A DNA stretch of 64,000 nucleotides, taken from the NCBI GenBank assembly GCA_964016885.1, contig OZ024741.1, positions 171,616,001-171,680,000 of the forward strand. Reading direction: 5' to 3'. Positions 13,289 through 25,958 of the stretch are shown one piece after another. The number at the start of each line of letters is the position of its first letter. The stretch's first letter is position 1. The position numbers and the translations under genes were made by a program. The notes beneath the pieces were generated by a model. That model was given only the letters and a program-made list of their open reading frames with translations, ran no database searches and was not told where the DNA came from. The DNA is from Eledone cirrhosa (Eukaryota).

Positions 13289-13356
13289 TATTTTATTATA
13301 TATATATTTCAAGGGCGACCAAGGTAAATTATGGTGTGCTTTCATCAGATAAAATA
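13289..13356 (-). ncRNA. Type-I hammerhead, same subfamily as 1933..1997
   Basis: Minus strand TATTTTAT-CTGATGA-AAGCACACC...GGTCGCCCTT-GAAA-TATATATA-TA-ATAAAATA; host element ~13155..13435 is the reverse complement homolog of 1853..2125. Confidence 0.82.
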
Positions 13357-13542
13357 CAGATTTGTTTTATAAATAAATATTGACATACCTGGAAAAAAGA
13401 CAACCTTAACGGTTGAAATTTGCTGGATAGTATCCAACAAGAAATTTGCTGGATACTATGATGATGATATATATATCATCATCATCACCATGCTTGCATG
13501 GCAGATGGACGTTAAACAAAGATGATGATGATATATATATAT

Positions 13543-13898
13543 ATATATTAGATATTAGTATAACAATGATAATAATAACAAAGGCAAGTTATTTTACATA
13601 TTCCTTTCATTGTTTTACGATCGTTTCAGAGGGTTGATCATATCGATAAATTGACTGATTTATAGCAGTTAGAGAACTGTATACTATCAGACATAATACA
13701 TTATTTCCGAAGAGGACAGTATGATTGGACCTATATATTATGTTTGATAGTATACAGTACTCTAACTTCTATAGAGCAATCAATATATCAATATATCAAT
13801 ATGATCAACCCTCTGAAATGATCGTAAAACAATAAAAGGATATGTAAAATAACTTGCCTTTGTTATTATTATCATTGTTAAACTAATATCTAATATAT
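13543..13898. repeat. Long imperfect palindrome with a hammerhead-like motif (extended stem II)
   Basis: ~155 bp arms. Plus strand TTT-CCGAAGA-GGA...TCT-GAAA-TGATCG-TA-AAA; the other arm gives GAAA-CGATCG-TA. Confidence 0.75.
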
Positions 13899-14172
13899 CA
13901 AACTCTGTATCTGAAGGATTGATTCAGTGAAACACAGAACCTATCTCTAGATCTCACTGATTTACTTGCTAACAGATTACATTGATTTCAAACTACGGTA
14001 TAGACCCTACTACAAAAGTTAGTACACATTATATATATATATATATATGTACATATTCATCCTTATATATATATATATGTGTATATATTCATCCTTATAT
14101 ATATACGTATATATATTTTATATTTATCCTTATATATATATGTATATATATATATATGTATATATTCATCCT

Positions 14173-14233
<61 letters not shown>

Positions 14234-14354
14234 GTAGATAAAAATATATATAATTAAGCTAACATCAATTAATGGCTACAATTTTGACTAAGCTTGACCT
14301 CTCAAGCACAAGAGACATATGAAAGTAATTATTCGTTTTTATATTATATTATAG

Positions 14355-14545
14355 ATAATTGTTTCTACGTTAGGCACAAGGCCAGCAATTACCCAGTGTA
14401 TTACTGGTACTTCATTTTATCGACCCCGTAAGGATGAAAGGCAAAGTCAACCTCGGCGGGATTTGAACTCAGAATGGCAAGGGCCGTAACTCTATGCATC
14501 AATGCATGGCGTCCGACCCTCTACCGATACTGCCAATCCACTGCC
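14355..14545 (-). mobile_element. SINE family A, full length
   Basis: A/B boxes, core and tail; flanked by direct repeat ttatattatattatagataat. Confidence 0.9.
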
Positions 14546-14926
14546 TTATATTATATTATAGATAATGATAAATCATCTTGACTGAAATAACATTTGTACA
14601 GCAAATATGAATAAGATGCAACACAGCCAAAGTCATGGCTCATTTAGTTATCAGGCGTATAGGTTCTCACAAGTATTTCATATATATAGGGAGGATTTCT
14701 TACCGAATGCCATTGATGCACTGTTAAAGTACATCTGGACAACAATACTGTGCCAAAATCAAATATTAAATTAATTGAAAATCATTTTAGATAATACTGT
14801 TGTCAAAACAGACATTCGTTTACCAGCTGAAAAGGAAATTCATAATAGCATTATCAAAGTGAATTTGGTTTGTGTGACTGTGTGTGTCTGTATATGTGTG
14901 TGTGTGAAAGAGAGAAAGAGAGAGAG

Positions 14927-15042
<116 letters not shown>

Positions 15043-15822
15043 GTTCAAAAGATTTAGTTAATGCTAGAATTTGAGATATTGAATAGACATGAAAGTTTGG
15101 GGATAAAACTGTGCTGTCATTTGAGCATAACTATAGAATTGTTTATCATATCCCAAAATCCTGATGGCCTGCAGTTTGATCTGAACATTTATCAATGTGC
15201 AAACATGCTTTTCAGTATCAACTATCCCATTATAAGCCATGAAACAGATTATGCCATAAGCACTTAGTAATTGACAAAAAACACATTATTATTGCAGTGC
15301 ATTTCATGTATTCATGTATATTGAATTGCATTTGTATAAACAAATGCAATTCAATATACACTTCAAGTGTTTATCAAGATACATCTCATTACTTTTCAGG
15401 CACAGTTTCTAAACCCAGTTAACATGTTTATATTTCTATATGTATAACTTAATTCTCACACTTTTCGTCTCTAAAGATGGTTTAAAAAATTGGCAGCTTT
15501 AGGTTAACGAATGAAATGAAATCAAATTTTTTCATTCACTATATATATATATTTAGAGCTGACGAAGGAACCTCCTTTCTTCCTTTCTCCTCTTGTTCTG
15601 TCCTAACCACCATCCTAAACCTTGTTTTTAGTAACCACACAGCTCCTTTCGTTTCATATCATTTTATATATCATCATCATCATCATCATTTTACGTCCGC
15701 TCTTCCCTACTCGCAATATATATATATATATATATGTATATATTCCTTCTATGATTTGAAAATGTGTGTTGAAACAGATATTGTTATACTTTGGGAGGAT
15801 CATGCTGCCAATATATATATAT

Positions 15823-18321
15823 AACGACAGTAAAGAAGAACAGATATAGACATTTAACATAGAAGAGAACTGGGAGTTCCTAAAAAATAACTGACTAGAG
15901 GCAACGGATGAGGTTTGTGGCTGGAGTAAGACCTCAAGCAGGAGGAGAGTGACTTGGTGGTGGAACAATAAGGTAGATGAAGCAGTCAAGGCCAAGAGAC
16001 ATGCATGGAAAGAATGGAAGAACGGGGGGAGCAGGGTACATTACATAGAGACCAAGAGGGAAGCTAGGCGACAAGTATACTTAGCTAGGAGGGAAGCAGA
16101 GGATAGAAAATTCAAGCATGTTTTACAACGTGAGGACCAGAAACAGGAGGTATTCAAGATTGCGAGGCAGTGTGTCAGAGATAGTTGTGATGTCATTGGA
16201 GAGAAGTGTATCCGGAATGATAAAGGTGAGCTTTCCTCACAAGTGCTGAGAAGAAAGATGCATGGAAGAGTCATTATGATAGATTACTAAATGAGGAGAA
16301 TGCATGGGAAGAAGAGACCCTACCCCATGTAGACCCTATAGAGGGACCAGCAGTACAAGTCAGCGGCAGCGTAGTAAGTAAGGCAATCAGAGATATGAAG
16401 ATGGGGAAGGCAACCGGTCCATCGGGTATAGCTGCCGAGATGCTGAAGGCATCTGGGTCTATAGGTCACACTATAACCACACGTATCGTTAACCAGGTAA
16501 TACTAGAAGGGGCCATACCAAAAGATTGGTGCAGTAGCATCATTGTCAACTGCTACAAAGGTAAAGGCGATGCACTAGATAGAGGAAACTATAGAGGTAT
16601 AAAGTTGATGGACCAGGTCATGAAAGTAACAGAAAGAGTTATAGCACAGCTGATTAGGGACCGGGTGAATATAGACGAGATGCAATTTGGGTTTGTACCA
16701 GGGAGAGGCACCACTAATGCCCTCTTCCTTGTGAGGCAATTACAGGAAAGTACCTAGCTAAAAGTAAGCCACTCTACTTGGCATTTGTCGACCTTGAGAA
16801 AGCCTTTGACAGAGTTCCACGTGCAGTAATCTGGTGGGCTCTTAGAAAACTAGGAGTAGATGAATGGCTTGTGAAAGCGGTACAAGCCATGTATAGGGGA
16901 GCAGTCAGCAAAGTTAGGATTAGCAATGAGTATAGCGAGGAATTTAGCGTACAGGTTGGGGTCCACCAGGGCTCTGTTCTTAGCCCTCTCCTGTTCATCA
17001 TAGTCCTGCAGGCAATAACGGAGGAGTTTAAGACCGGATGCCCATGGGAACTCCTGTATGCTGATGACCTCGCACTCATAGCTGAATCTATGGTAGAACT
17101 AGAGAATAAATTCCAAACCTGGAAGCAGGGACTAGAGAGGAAGGGCCTCAAAGTCAACATGACAAAGACTAAGGTCCTTGTAAGTAGACGAGAAAACAGA
17201 ACCCAGATCCCCTCAGGGAAATGGCCTTGCTCAGTATGTAGGAAAGGTGTAGGTAGGAACTCCATTCTCTGCCCCAAATGCAAACAATGGGTACACAAGA
17301 GATGTAGCGGGATCTCAGGAAGCTTAATTAAGAATGTAGGATTCACATGCAGCAGCTGTGCTGAAACAGCAAGCAAACAGCCACAGGAAACAAGTACCAC
17401 CAATCTCTGGAAGGGCCCTGTAGAAACAGTAGACAGCTTCTGCTACCTAGGTGACCGAATTAGCAACAGAGGTGGGTGCTCAGAAAGTACAATAACTAGG
17501 GTAAGAACGGGATGGAAGAAGTTTAGGGAACTACTACCACTGCTAGCTGCAAAAGGCTTCTCCCTCAGAATGAAAGGCAGACTGTATGATGCGTGTATCC
17601 GAACAGCGATGTTGCATGGTAGTGAGACCTGGGCGCTGAAGGTGGAAGACTTATGTAGATTAGAGAGAAACGAAGCCTGCATGCTCCGATGGATGTGTAA
17701 CAGTAATATACGTGAACGACAAAGCATAAAGGAATTGAGAGAGAGACTGAGCATAAGAGGAATCAAATGCTGCGTGCAGGAGAGGCGGTTACGCTGGTAT
17801 GGACATGTGATGCGTATGAAGGATGACAGCTGCATAAAAAGGTGCAGAGCACTAGAAGTTGATGGAAACCGCGGAGTGGGGAGACCCAAGATGACTTGGG
17901 ATGAGGTGATAAAAGCCGACCTTACCCAACTACACCTCTCAAAGACAATGACACACGACCGTGACTTCTGGCGTCACGCAGTAATACAGGGTACCCGACC
18001 TCCCATGGGTACATGCTGAAGCATATAAACAATATGCACCCACTCCCCCCATCGCAAGGTGGTCGTGGAGGTGCCACGGCAAAAAAGCACCCAGCCCACA
18101 CTGTAAAGTGGACGTGTAGGCGCCACGAAAAAGCACCCAGCACTCACTGTAAATGAGGTTGGTGTTAGGAAGGGCATCCAGCTGTAGAAATCAAGCCAGA
18201 TCAGTTCCTGTATGAGCAAGGCATGGTCAGCCGACCAGACACTGCCCACAACAGGACAACCCATCTAACCCATGCTAGCGTGGAAGAACGGACGTAAAAC
18301 GGTGATGATGATGATGATGAT
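15823..18321 (+). mobile_element. RTE-clade LINE, 5'-truncated, frameshifted; RT with PHD-type finger and complete 3' UTR
   Basis: ORFs 15949..16290, 16395..16757 (KATGPSG, NYRGIKL, QFGF) and 16778..18019 (FVDLEKAFD, GVHQGSVLSPLLF, LYADD, YLGD, RRLRWYGH); (GAT)n tail. Confidence 0.95.
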
Positions 18322-18359
18322 ACACGTAACCTTGCTAATAGGAAAAATGCATGTTAAAT

Positions 18360-18547
18360 GATAATTGTTTCTACTTTTGGCACTACGCCAGCAATTACCC
18401 AGTGCATTACTGGTACTTTATTTTATCGAACCCCGTAAGGATGAAAGGCAAAGTTAACCTCGGCGAGATTTGAACTCAGATCATACAGGGAGGTAACTCT
18501 ATGCTTCAAAGCATGGCGTCCGACCCTCTACCGATACTGCCAATCCA
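18360..18547 (-). mobile_element. SINE family A
   Basis: A/B boxes, core and tail. Confidence 0.9.
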
Positions 18548-18771
18548 CAATGATAGTCGGGATAATATTTATACTAGGGACTTATATGAAAGCACATACA
18601 ATATGTCAAGTCTAGCTGTGGGTAATTTAAGCAGTGATTTACCTCAATAGACATGCAAGAATGCCCCTCATTAGTATTTCAGAATTTTTAACCATCTTCA
18701 GTTTTGAAGCAAAATAAGTTAATAGTTCATATAGATTTTTGCAAACAATACATTTACAGCAATGCCAATTT

Positions 18772-19160
18772 ACTGTCAGCCTTTCAATATTCATAGCTAG
18801 GCTTTCCAAAATATTTATTTAATAAATACACCATATATCATTAGATATATGAAATTCACATACATGTATGTATTTAGCTATGTCGGACCTAAAATGTTTT
18901 TTCTACTGTCAAGTTGAGCCAACTTACACAGCCCCATATGCAAATGAGGCCAATCAGCCTATCTTCACAGGAAAAATATCTATATAATTTCACCTGTTTC
19001 AAGTCCTAGGAGAGAACAGGGGAAGCACTGTCCTGATGGTGGCCGTAGCCTGAAATGTGCATAGACAGTTATACCTGCTTTCTACTGGAATCCACTAGAT
19101 GTTGCTAACTGCCAGCCTTTCAATATTCATAGCTAGGCTTTCCAAATTTTTATTTATAAA
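18772..19160 (+). mobile_element. 336-bp promoter-hammerhead unit with terminal direct repeat (retrozyme or solo pLTR-like)
   Basis: Direct repeat actg(t/c)cagcctttcaatattcatagctaggctttccaaa at 18772 and 19108; ATGCAAAT 18938, CCAAT 18950, TATATAA 18981, hammerhead 19027..19069. Confidence 0.7.
19027..19069 (+). ncRNA. Degenerate type-I hammerhead (A9 to G)
   Basis: ACTGTC-CTGATGG-TGGC.CGTA.GCCT-GAAA-TGTGCA-TA-GACAGT; perfect 6-bp stem I. Confidence 0.7.
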
Positions 19161-19174
19161 TATATATATATATA

Positions 19175-19519
19175 TCATCATCATCATCATTTCATTTTAC
19201 GTCCGCTTTTTCCCTGCTTGCAAGGGTGGGACGGGAACTGATTTTGGCTTGATTTCTACAGCCGGATGCCCTTCCTAACACCAACCTCATTTACAGTGAG
19301 TGCTGGGTGCTTTTTTGCCATGGCACCTACACGACCACTTTGCAGTGGAATGATATGGACCCCTGTCCCTATCATCTCATTTCTACAGCTGAGTAAACTG
19401 GAGCAATGTGAAATAAAATGTCTTGCTCAAGGAAACAACACATCACCCGGTCTGAGAATTGAACTCACAACCTTTCGATTTCAAGGCCAATGCTCTAACC
19501 ACTAAGCCATGTGCCTCCA
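19175..19519 (-). mobile_element. SINE family B, full length
   Basis: tRNA-like head GGAGGCACATGGCTTAGTGG...GAGTTCAATTC, core, RTE-type tail, (ATG)n. Confidence 0.9.
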
Positions 19520-19852
19520 TATATATATACAAGATTTCTTGGCTTATGAAACTTTGGGGAATTTGAAATTTAAAAGTATAGTCGCCATAAGGGAAAGAAA
19601 TATGAATAATAGTTGTATAAAAGGAGTAATTTACCATGTGCGATAGATAAAAATGGACAGAGATGTGGGCATAGAATTGAACCTCACATTTCTCATATGC
19701 TGGTTGAGAGTCAACATGTCTTTGGTTACTAAATACCACCTTTTTAAATGGTTTAAGTATGTAGCTGGAAGTGTAACCACAATTGATTTACTTAAGTAGC
19801 ACTGGGAAACTTGAAATTTTACAATATCATCACCACAATACAGATAATTGTA

Positions 19853-20223
19853 ATAATTGTTTCTACTTTGGGCACAATGCCAGCAATTACCCCAATGCAG
19901 TACTGGTGGTTTATTTTATCGACCTCGAAAGGATAAAAGGCAAAGTTAACCTCAGTGGGAGTTAAACTCAGAGCGTAAAGGGCCATAACTCTATGCTGCA
20001 AAGCATGGTGTCCCCTGCTCTACCGATACTATAATAATAATAATTGTTTCTACATTTGGCACAAGGCCAGCAATTACCCAGTAGGTTACTGGTACTTTAT
20101 TTTATCGACCCCGTAAGGATGAAAGGCAAAGTTAACCTCGGCAGGATTTGAACTCCGAGGTTAACTTTGCCTTTCATCCTTACAGGGTCGATAAAATAAA
20201 GTACCAGTAACCTACTTGGTAAT
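19853..20223. mobile_element. SINE family A copy followed by a fold-back (hairpin) SINE A fragment
   Basis: 19853..20029 is a minus-strand copy; 20072..20141 and 20155..20223 are inverted arms sharing the variant gtaggttact. Confidence 0.85.
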
Positions 20224-20462
20224 AATAATTCATACTAATAAGTAATAGTTGAATAAATTAGATAAAATACTCTATAAATGAGGGATATGTGGTTTGCGTC
20301 CTTGCAGGCATATCTGTCCAATCTTTTCCTTGTCCAGTACTACTTCATTTGGTTTATTCAACTATCATTTACAGTTATCAATTATTACAGTTATCTAAGG
20401 AATGTGGATTGGCAGTATCAGTAGAGCATTAGTTTTGTGGTATATAAGTTATAGTCCTTTAA

Positions 20463-20930
20463 ATCTTCTTCTTCTTTGCCCACTTATTCCTGAGAGGGTT
20501 GTTGGGGCAGAGTCCTCAAACACTCCTTCCAGTGGGTCCTGTCAAAAGCAACCATTCCCAACTGATCCGGCTGGATCCCCCAGCAAAATCTGCCATGCTC
20601 ATGGATGTTATCCAACCATCTTGCTCAGAGCCTACCCCTGGGTCTTCTGCCAGTTGGTTTTATTCATAAAATCTGTCCAGTGATTCTTTCCTGAGATATT
20701 CTAACCACATGCCCATAGTATCAGAGCTGTGATCTCTCAATTCAGAGAAATAGTAACTCTTCCTGGAGTGACTCTCTGATGACTGGACTACACACTCTAT
20801 TGAGTAAGGTTACTCAAAATACAATTTGGAGGAACACATTTCAGCGGCTTCTATTCGCAATCGAATTCTTTTGGTTATTATCCAAGATTTATGACCATAG
20901 GTAAAAGTTGGTATGAATACCGAATTGAAA
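20463..20930 (-). mobile_element. Old RTE-like LINE 3' fragment with (AAG)n tail; related fragment at ~34510..34745
   Basis: Minus strand ...YGHVVR...GR..ARWLDNI-like remnants; both fragments share gctcatggatgttatccaac. Confidence 0.55.
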
Positions 20931-22202
20931 TTAGCGTGATTACTGCATCAGCTACTGTTGAAGTTACTTTTTTCCTTTCACCCTTACTTTGTCAATAAAA
21001 TAAAGCACCAGTAATGCATTGGGGTTGATTTAAATGGCTTTCCCCGTCCCCAAACTTGTTGGCCTTATGCCTAAACCAGAAACAATTATTACAGTTATCT
21101 CAATTCTAGTGACTATATTTTCAAATCTCACTCACACACACTCACCTGTATATATATATAACAAAACAGAATATATATCAAAATTGCAAATACTTAAATG
21201 GAAATGTGTATTAAGTTTATATTAAATTCAATGCAAGAAGTTAACAGTAGAAAAATTTTATTTATATATGCATTAGCTTAAAATTTAAGAAAACCTCCAA
21301 CAACAATTGCAATACCAACAAAAATAAGAAAATTTAAAAATAGAAAGAATTATTTGCATTTTTTATCCTTTTTTTTTTTGTTCACTGAAAAATTAACTTA
21401 GCTTGAAATGAAATATTTTCATATTTTTTACCATCAGACAGAAATGATTCAAATATTATTATTATAAATATTATCATTATTATATCATCAACATAATCAT
21501 CATCAGTAGTATGAACATCATCATTATCATCATAATCTTCTTGATCGTCATCTGTTTTTAGCAGTTTCATGAGAGCTTCTCACGCACCAACAGCTGCACA
21601 CCAACATTCTTGCGGGGCTGAAGTGTGTGAGTGTGTATCTCTGTGTGCAAGCATTGTTATTGTTGTTTGAGTATATGCTATGGTGCTTGTATGTGAGATA
21701 AATTTGGTTTTGTTAAATGGTTTCCTTTATTATTTCTGGTGATGTTGTCACAGCTACTATTTTTACTATTACTACAACAACTTCTACTACATAATCCATT
21801 CATATATATATATATATATATATATATACACGCACACACACATAGTAAGAAGTGCACTAGCAGCTGACATGTATGACAAAGTTACATCTGTATAAACACA
21901 GTGTAACTGTGAATACACTGTGTATAAATATATACATATAACTAACATGTAGGCATGTAAACTTGTCAGAAAATACAAATTTCGTTGTAAATTGAATAAA
22001 GGCCGAAATGATGATAATCAATTTTCTAATTTGATTTTCATCAGAAGACATATCCAATCAAATATGAGTAAACATGTATTTGATGGGTATATATATATAT
22101 ATATCGATTTGTTCTTAGTATTATCCTGAAATGGATGTACTAATTTGCATATAGTTAGTGCTCATGTTGGTAATTTATTAATATACATGTAAATATATGT
22201 AT

Positions 22203-22410
22203 ATAGGAAAACAGTCAGGAGCCTGACGGCTGAGCTCCTGCTATTTTGACAGCTAAATCCAAATTGCTAGTTTGGATCTAGCTGTCGAAACGGACAGAGT
22301 TCAGCTGTCGGGGTCCTGACTCTTTTCCTATTATCCACTCTACTACACTTAGTATTGAGTATTCTGATGCGTTATGGTCTGTCTGGTATCTTACCACACT
22401 CTCTTTGTTG
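22203..22410 (+). mobile_element. Short (TA)n-embedded fold-back element with the 3' half of a hammerhead (family H)
   Basis: Inverted head 22203..22331, then a tail shared with the copies at 33908, 40683 and 57868; motif TGTC-GAAA-CGG...CTG-TC-GGGGTCC. Confidence 0.8.
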
Positions 22411-22963
22411 TATATATATATATATATATATACAGTGATACCTTGAGATACGAGTTTAATTCGTTCCGTGACCGAGCTCGTAACTCAATTTACTCGTATC
22501 TCAAATCAATTTTCCTCCATTGAAATTAACTGAAATGCTATTAATCCGTTCTGACCCCCCAAAACCACACCAATTTATTTATGTTACGTGTTTTTAATAA
22601 GCAAAATATACTTTATAAATAACAAATAATGTATAATGAAATAATAAGAACATAATAAAAGAGAATGTAAAGAAATAAACTGGATTTATTAAGTGTATTT
22701 ACCTTCAAGATGAGACGAAAAGGCTGGCGGTGGTGGAGGAGATTGGCAGAGGTGGAGGAGAATGATGGGGGAGGCTGTAAATGTTTTTCGTTTGGCGCTC
22801 TATCTCTTAAATTGACTTACTCACTACGCAGTTAATGCTATTTTTTATTGCTAAATTTAACTTACACACTATGCTACACTTAATCGCTAAACTTAATTCC
22901 TATTTATCTTTTTTTTTAATCTTTTCGTACCATACGGTACTTCAGTTACTTTCATCATCATCT

Positions 22964-24676
22964 TCACTGACTTTTGGCCACACTTTCCTTGCCTTCGCTT
23001 TGAGGGCGTTTCAATAAAAACCTGTCCAAGGAGGTTTGTTTCTTCCTCCCTTTTAAAATGTTTCTGAAATGAGTGGGGCAGGTGTCGTTAAACAGTGCCG
23101 ACGCACGACTTGTTCCAACTTTTTCTGGATGATTTTTGTCAATAAAATCATTAAGTTTCTCCCAAATTCCCAACATTTCCTTAATTTCACTTGAAGGGAT
23201 TACTACCTCCTCTGACTCTGGCCCCTCATTAATTTCCTGTCAAATCTCTGTATGCTGCTGGTCCTGTAGCTCCTTTAATTCCTCCGTTGTCAATTCCTCA
23301 TTGTGTTCTTCGACGAGGTCGTTGACGTCTCCTTCGTCCACTTCCAGGTCCATGGATTTTCCGATGGACACAATCTCCTCCTCCACTAACTCTTTGGGTT
23401 CAGGTTTGAATCCTTTGAAGTCCCTTTTGGACACAACCTCGGGCCACAGCTTCTTCCATGCAGAGTTTAAGGTCCTCCTTGTAACACCCTGCCAGGCCAT
23501 GTCTATAATTTTGAGGCAGGCTACGATAGTGTAATGTTCTTTCCAGAACTCTCGAAGGGTGAGGTTTGTGTTTTTCGTAACCTCAAAGCAGCGCCGGAAG
23601 AGATGCTTGGTGAAGAGCTTTTTAAAATTCGAAATCACCTGCTGGTCCATGGGCTGAAGGATAGGGGTGGTGTTGGTTGGAAGGTACAAGACCTTAATAA
23701 ACTTGAATTCTAAGATGTCATTCTCGAGATTTGGTGGGTGTGCGGGAGCATTGTCAAGGACGACTAGGGCTTTCAGGGGCATGTTATTATCTAAAAGATA
23801 CTTCTTGACTGCAGGACCAAAAACCAGGTTTACCGACTGCACATAAAACTCCCTGGTGGCCTTGGGGTTTGCCCTCCACATAACCTGCAGTTTTTCTTTA
23901 AGAATCTTATGACTGTTAAAGGCAATGGGGTTTTCCGAGTGATATACGAGCAGCGGTTTAACCTTTAAATTGCCACTCGCATTTGCACACAGTGCAAGGG
24001 TCAACCTATCCTTCATAGGTTTGTAGCCTGGCAAGCTCTTCTCCTCTGTTGTTATGTATGTTCTCCTTGACATCTTTTTCCAAAATAGCCCTGTCTCATC
24101 ACAGTTAAAGACTTGCTGGGGTATGTATCCTTCGGCTTCTACCAGTTCACCAAAATATGAAGTAAATTCTTCAGCTGCCTTAAAATCTGAGCTTGCAGCC
24201 TCACCATGCCTGACGACGGAGTGAATGCCAGTCCTCTTTTTAAAATTATCAAACCATCCTCGACTGGCTTTGAATGACTCTTCCGATGCCTCGTCCGAGG
24301 ATGATCCCGCCGACTGCCGCACCAAATCTCTATAAATAACTCGTGTCTTCTCACAGATGATGGTCTCGGTTACGGTATCTCCAGCGAGCTGCTTCTTGGT
24401 CAACCACGCCAACAGCAACTTTTCCATCTCTTCATGGACAGAGATCCGGAGCTTAGAAATTATCTTAACACCCTTGGCTGGTGTCATAACCTTTATTGAA
24501 TCCTTTTGTTTCAAAATAGTACATATTGTAGAAGTACTACGATTGTACTCCTTTGCCAAGTCAATAACATCCACACCACGCTCATGTTTTTCTATGATTT
24601 CGTGCTTAATATCCATAGACATCATCCTTTTCTTTTTCTCGTCAGTGTTCTTGGCACTCACTTTCTTAGGACTCAT
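22964..24676 (-). pseudogene. Tigger-type transposase (CENP-B-like HTH + DDD) with one premature stop at ~23240
   Basis: ATG at 24676 (MSPKK); motifs FKASRGWFDNFKKR, FNCDETGL, LDNAPAH, QPMDQQVI; same frame resumes to KKQTSLDRFL. Confidence 0.92.
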
Positions 24677-24776
24677 GGTTGAAACTAAGATTTTTATCGA
24701 AATAAACCAAAAGCAACTAAAATCACAACAGAGATGCTCGCGCGCCGAGGTTACCACGTGGACTGACTGCTCTCAG

Positions 24777-25074
24777 GGGGTTACTGAATTAATTTCGCCA
24801 CTGAATTAATTTCACCTGGTGAACCCCAACGAAAGTTACTCCCGTCGTTTATATCCGTAAAGTGACTAAAACAAATGTAATATATTTACGGTTAGGGTTA
24901 GGGTTAGGGTTATTTTTTATAGGGTTATGGTTAGGGTTAGGGTTAATTCAACCCTAATCATAACCCTAACCGTAATTAATCTTTAGTCACTTTACGGATA
25001 TAAACGACAGGAGTAACTTTGGTTGGGGTTCACCGGGCGAAATTAATTCAGTGGCGAAATCAATTCTGCACCCC
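24777..25074. mobile_element. Fold-back MITE with long TIRs and internal (TTAGGG)n, nested in the Tigger 5' region
   Basis: ~95-130 bp imperfect TIRs starting GGGG; TSD CTCTCAG at 24770..24776 and 25075..25081; converging TTAGGG/CCCTAA tracts. Confidence 0.9.
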
Positions 25075-25699
25075 CTCTCAGGCACCCACTAGCTCGTAAC
25101 TCATATCTCAAAACTCAGCTCGTATCACAAGGCAAAAAATTAGCCAAGTGATGGCTCGTATCTCAAAAAACTTGTATTTCGTGTCACTCGTATCTCAAGG
25201 TATCACTGTATATATATATATATGTATCTTAAGAAAAACGTTTACATGTAGTTAGTTTTTTATTATGTATCTGCTTGTGCATTGAGTGCTGATTTTGGAA
25301 ACACCACCAGTAATTCACTGAATAACATATACTATATATGTGTATGTATATATATATTATCATCATCATTATTTAGTGTCCTCTTTCCCTGCTAGTAATA
25401 GTTGGATGTGCCTTCTCATACTGAGTGCTGAAGTAGAGATACTTACCTCCCAGAGTGGCCAGGGGTCAACATCTCACTTACATAAAATCCCACACTCTAT
25501 CGAGTGCATTTTATTATGGCACATTTGACGCAATTAAATAGTCATCCCAACACTTTGTTTGGCAAGCTTTCTACAGTTGAATGCCCTTCCTATAACAATC
25601 ACATTAAATCACATGTAATAGGTGTATTTATCATACACTAGGGAGATTATTGTCTTTGACAAAATTGTTGGTTTCTTCCAATATATATATATGGCACTG

Positions 25700-25918
25700 A
25701 ATTTGTTTTGCAAGGTTCTTGATATGAAATCATGTGTTGAAACAAATATTGTTTCATTTGGGGAGGGTCATGTTGTTATAATATTGCCAGAAATATATAA
25801 TAAAACATACTTACTGTTTGTTTGGGGTTGGTTTTTGCTTCCGTATATTCAATATCCCTATAGTTAATTTAGCTGGCAATCAATGTTTATCATTGATTGA
25901 CCAATAGTTAAAAATATT

Positions 25919-25958
<40 letters not shown>

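Larger units (their letters stand above)
22433..25208 (-). mobile_element. Tigger/pogo DNA transposon, full length
   Basis: Perfect 23-bp TIRs CAGTGATACCTTGAGATACGAGT, inserted in (TA)n, with a transposase ORF inside. Confidence 0.97.

Noticed and set aside
16774-17889. Long minus-strand ORFs overlapping RTE copies
   Set aside because: Antisense shadows of the RT frame with no independent motifs.
19266-19505. Recurrent 79-aa [17 protein letters not shown]...QCSNH (also 27803, 32731, 55690)
   Set aside because: It is the antisense reading of SINE family B; recurrence reflects SINE copy number.
24888-24972. Head-to-head telomeric repeats as a chromosome fusion site
   Set aside because: The tracts are very short and enclosed in a TIR/TSD-bounded MITE inside a Tigger element.
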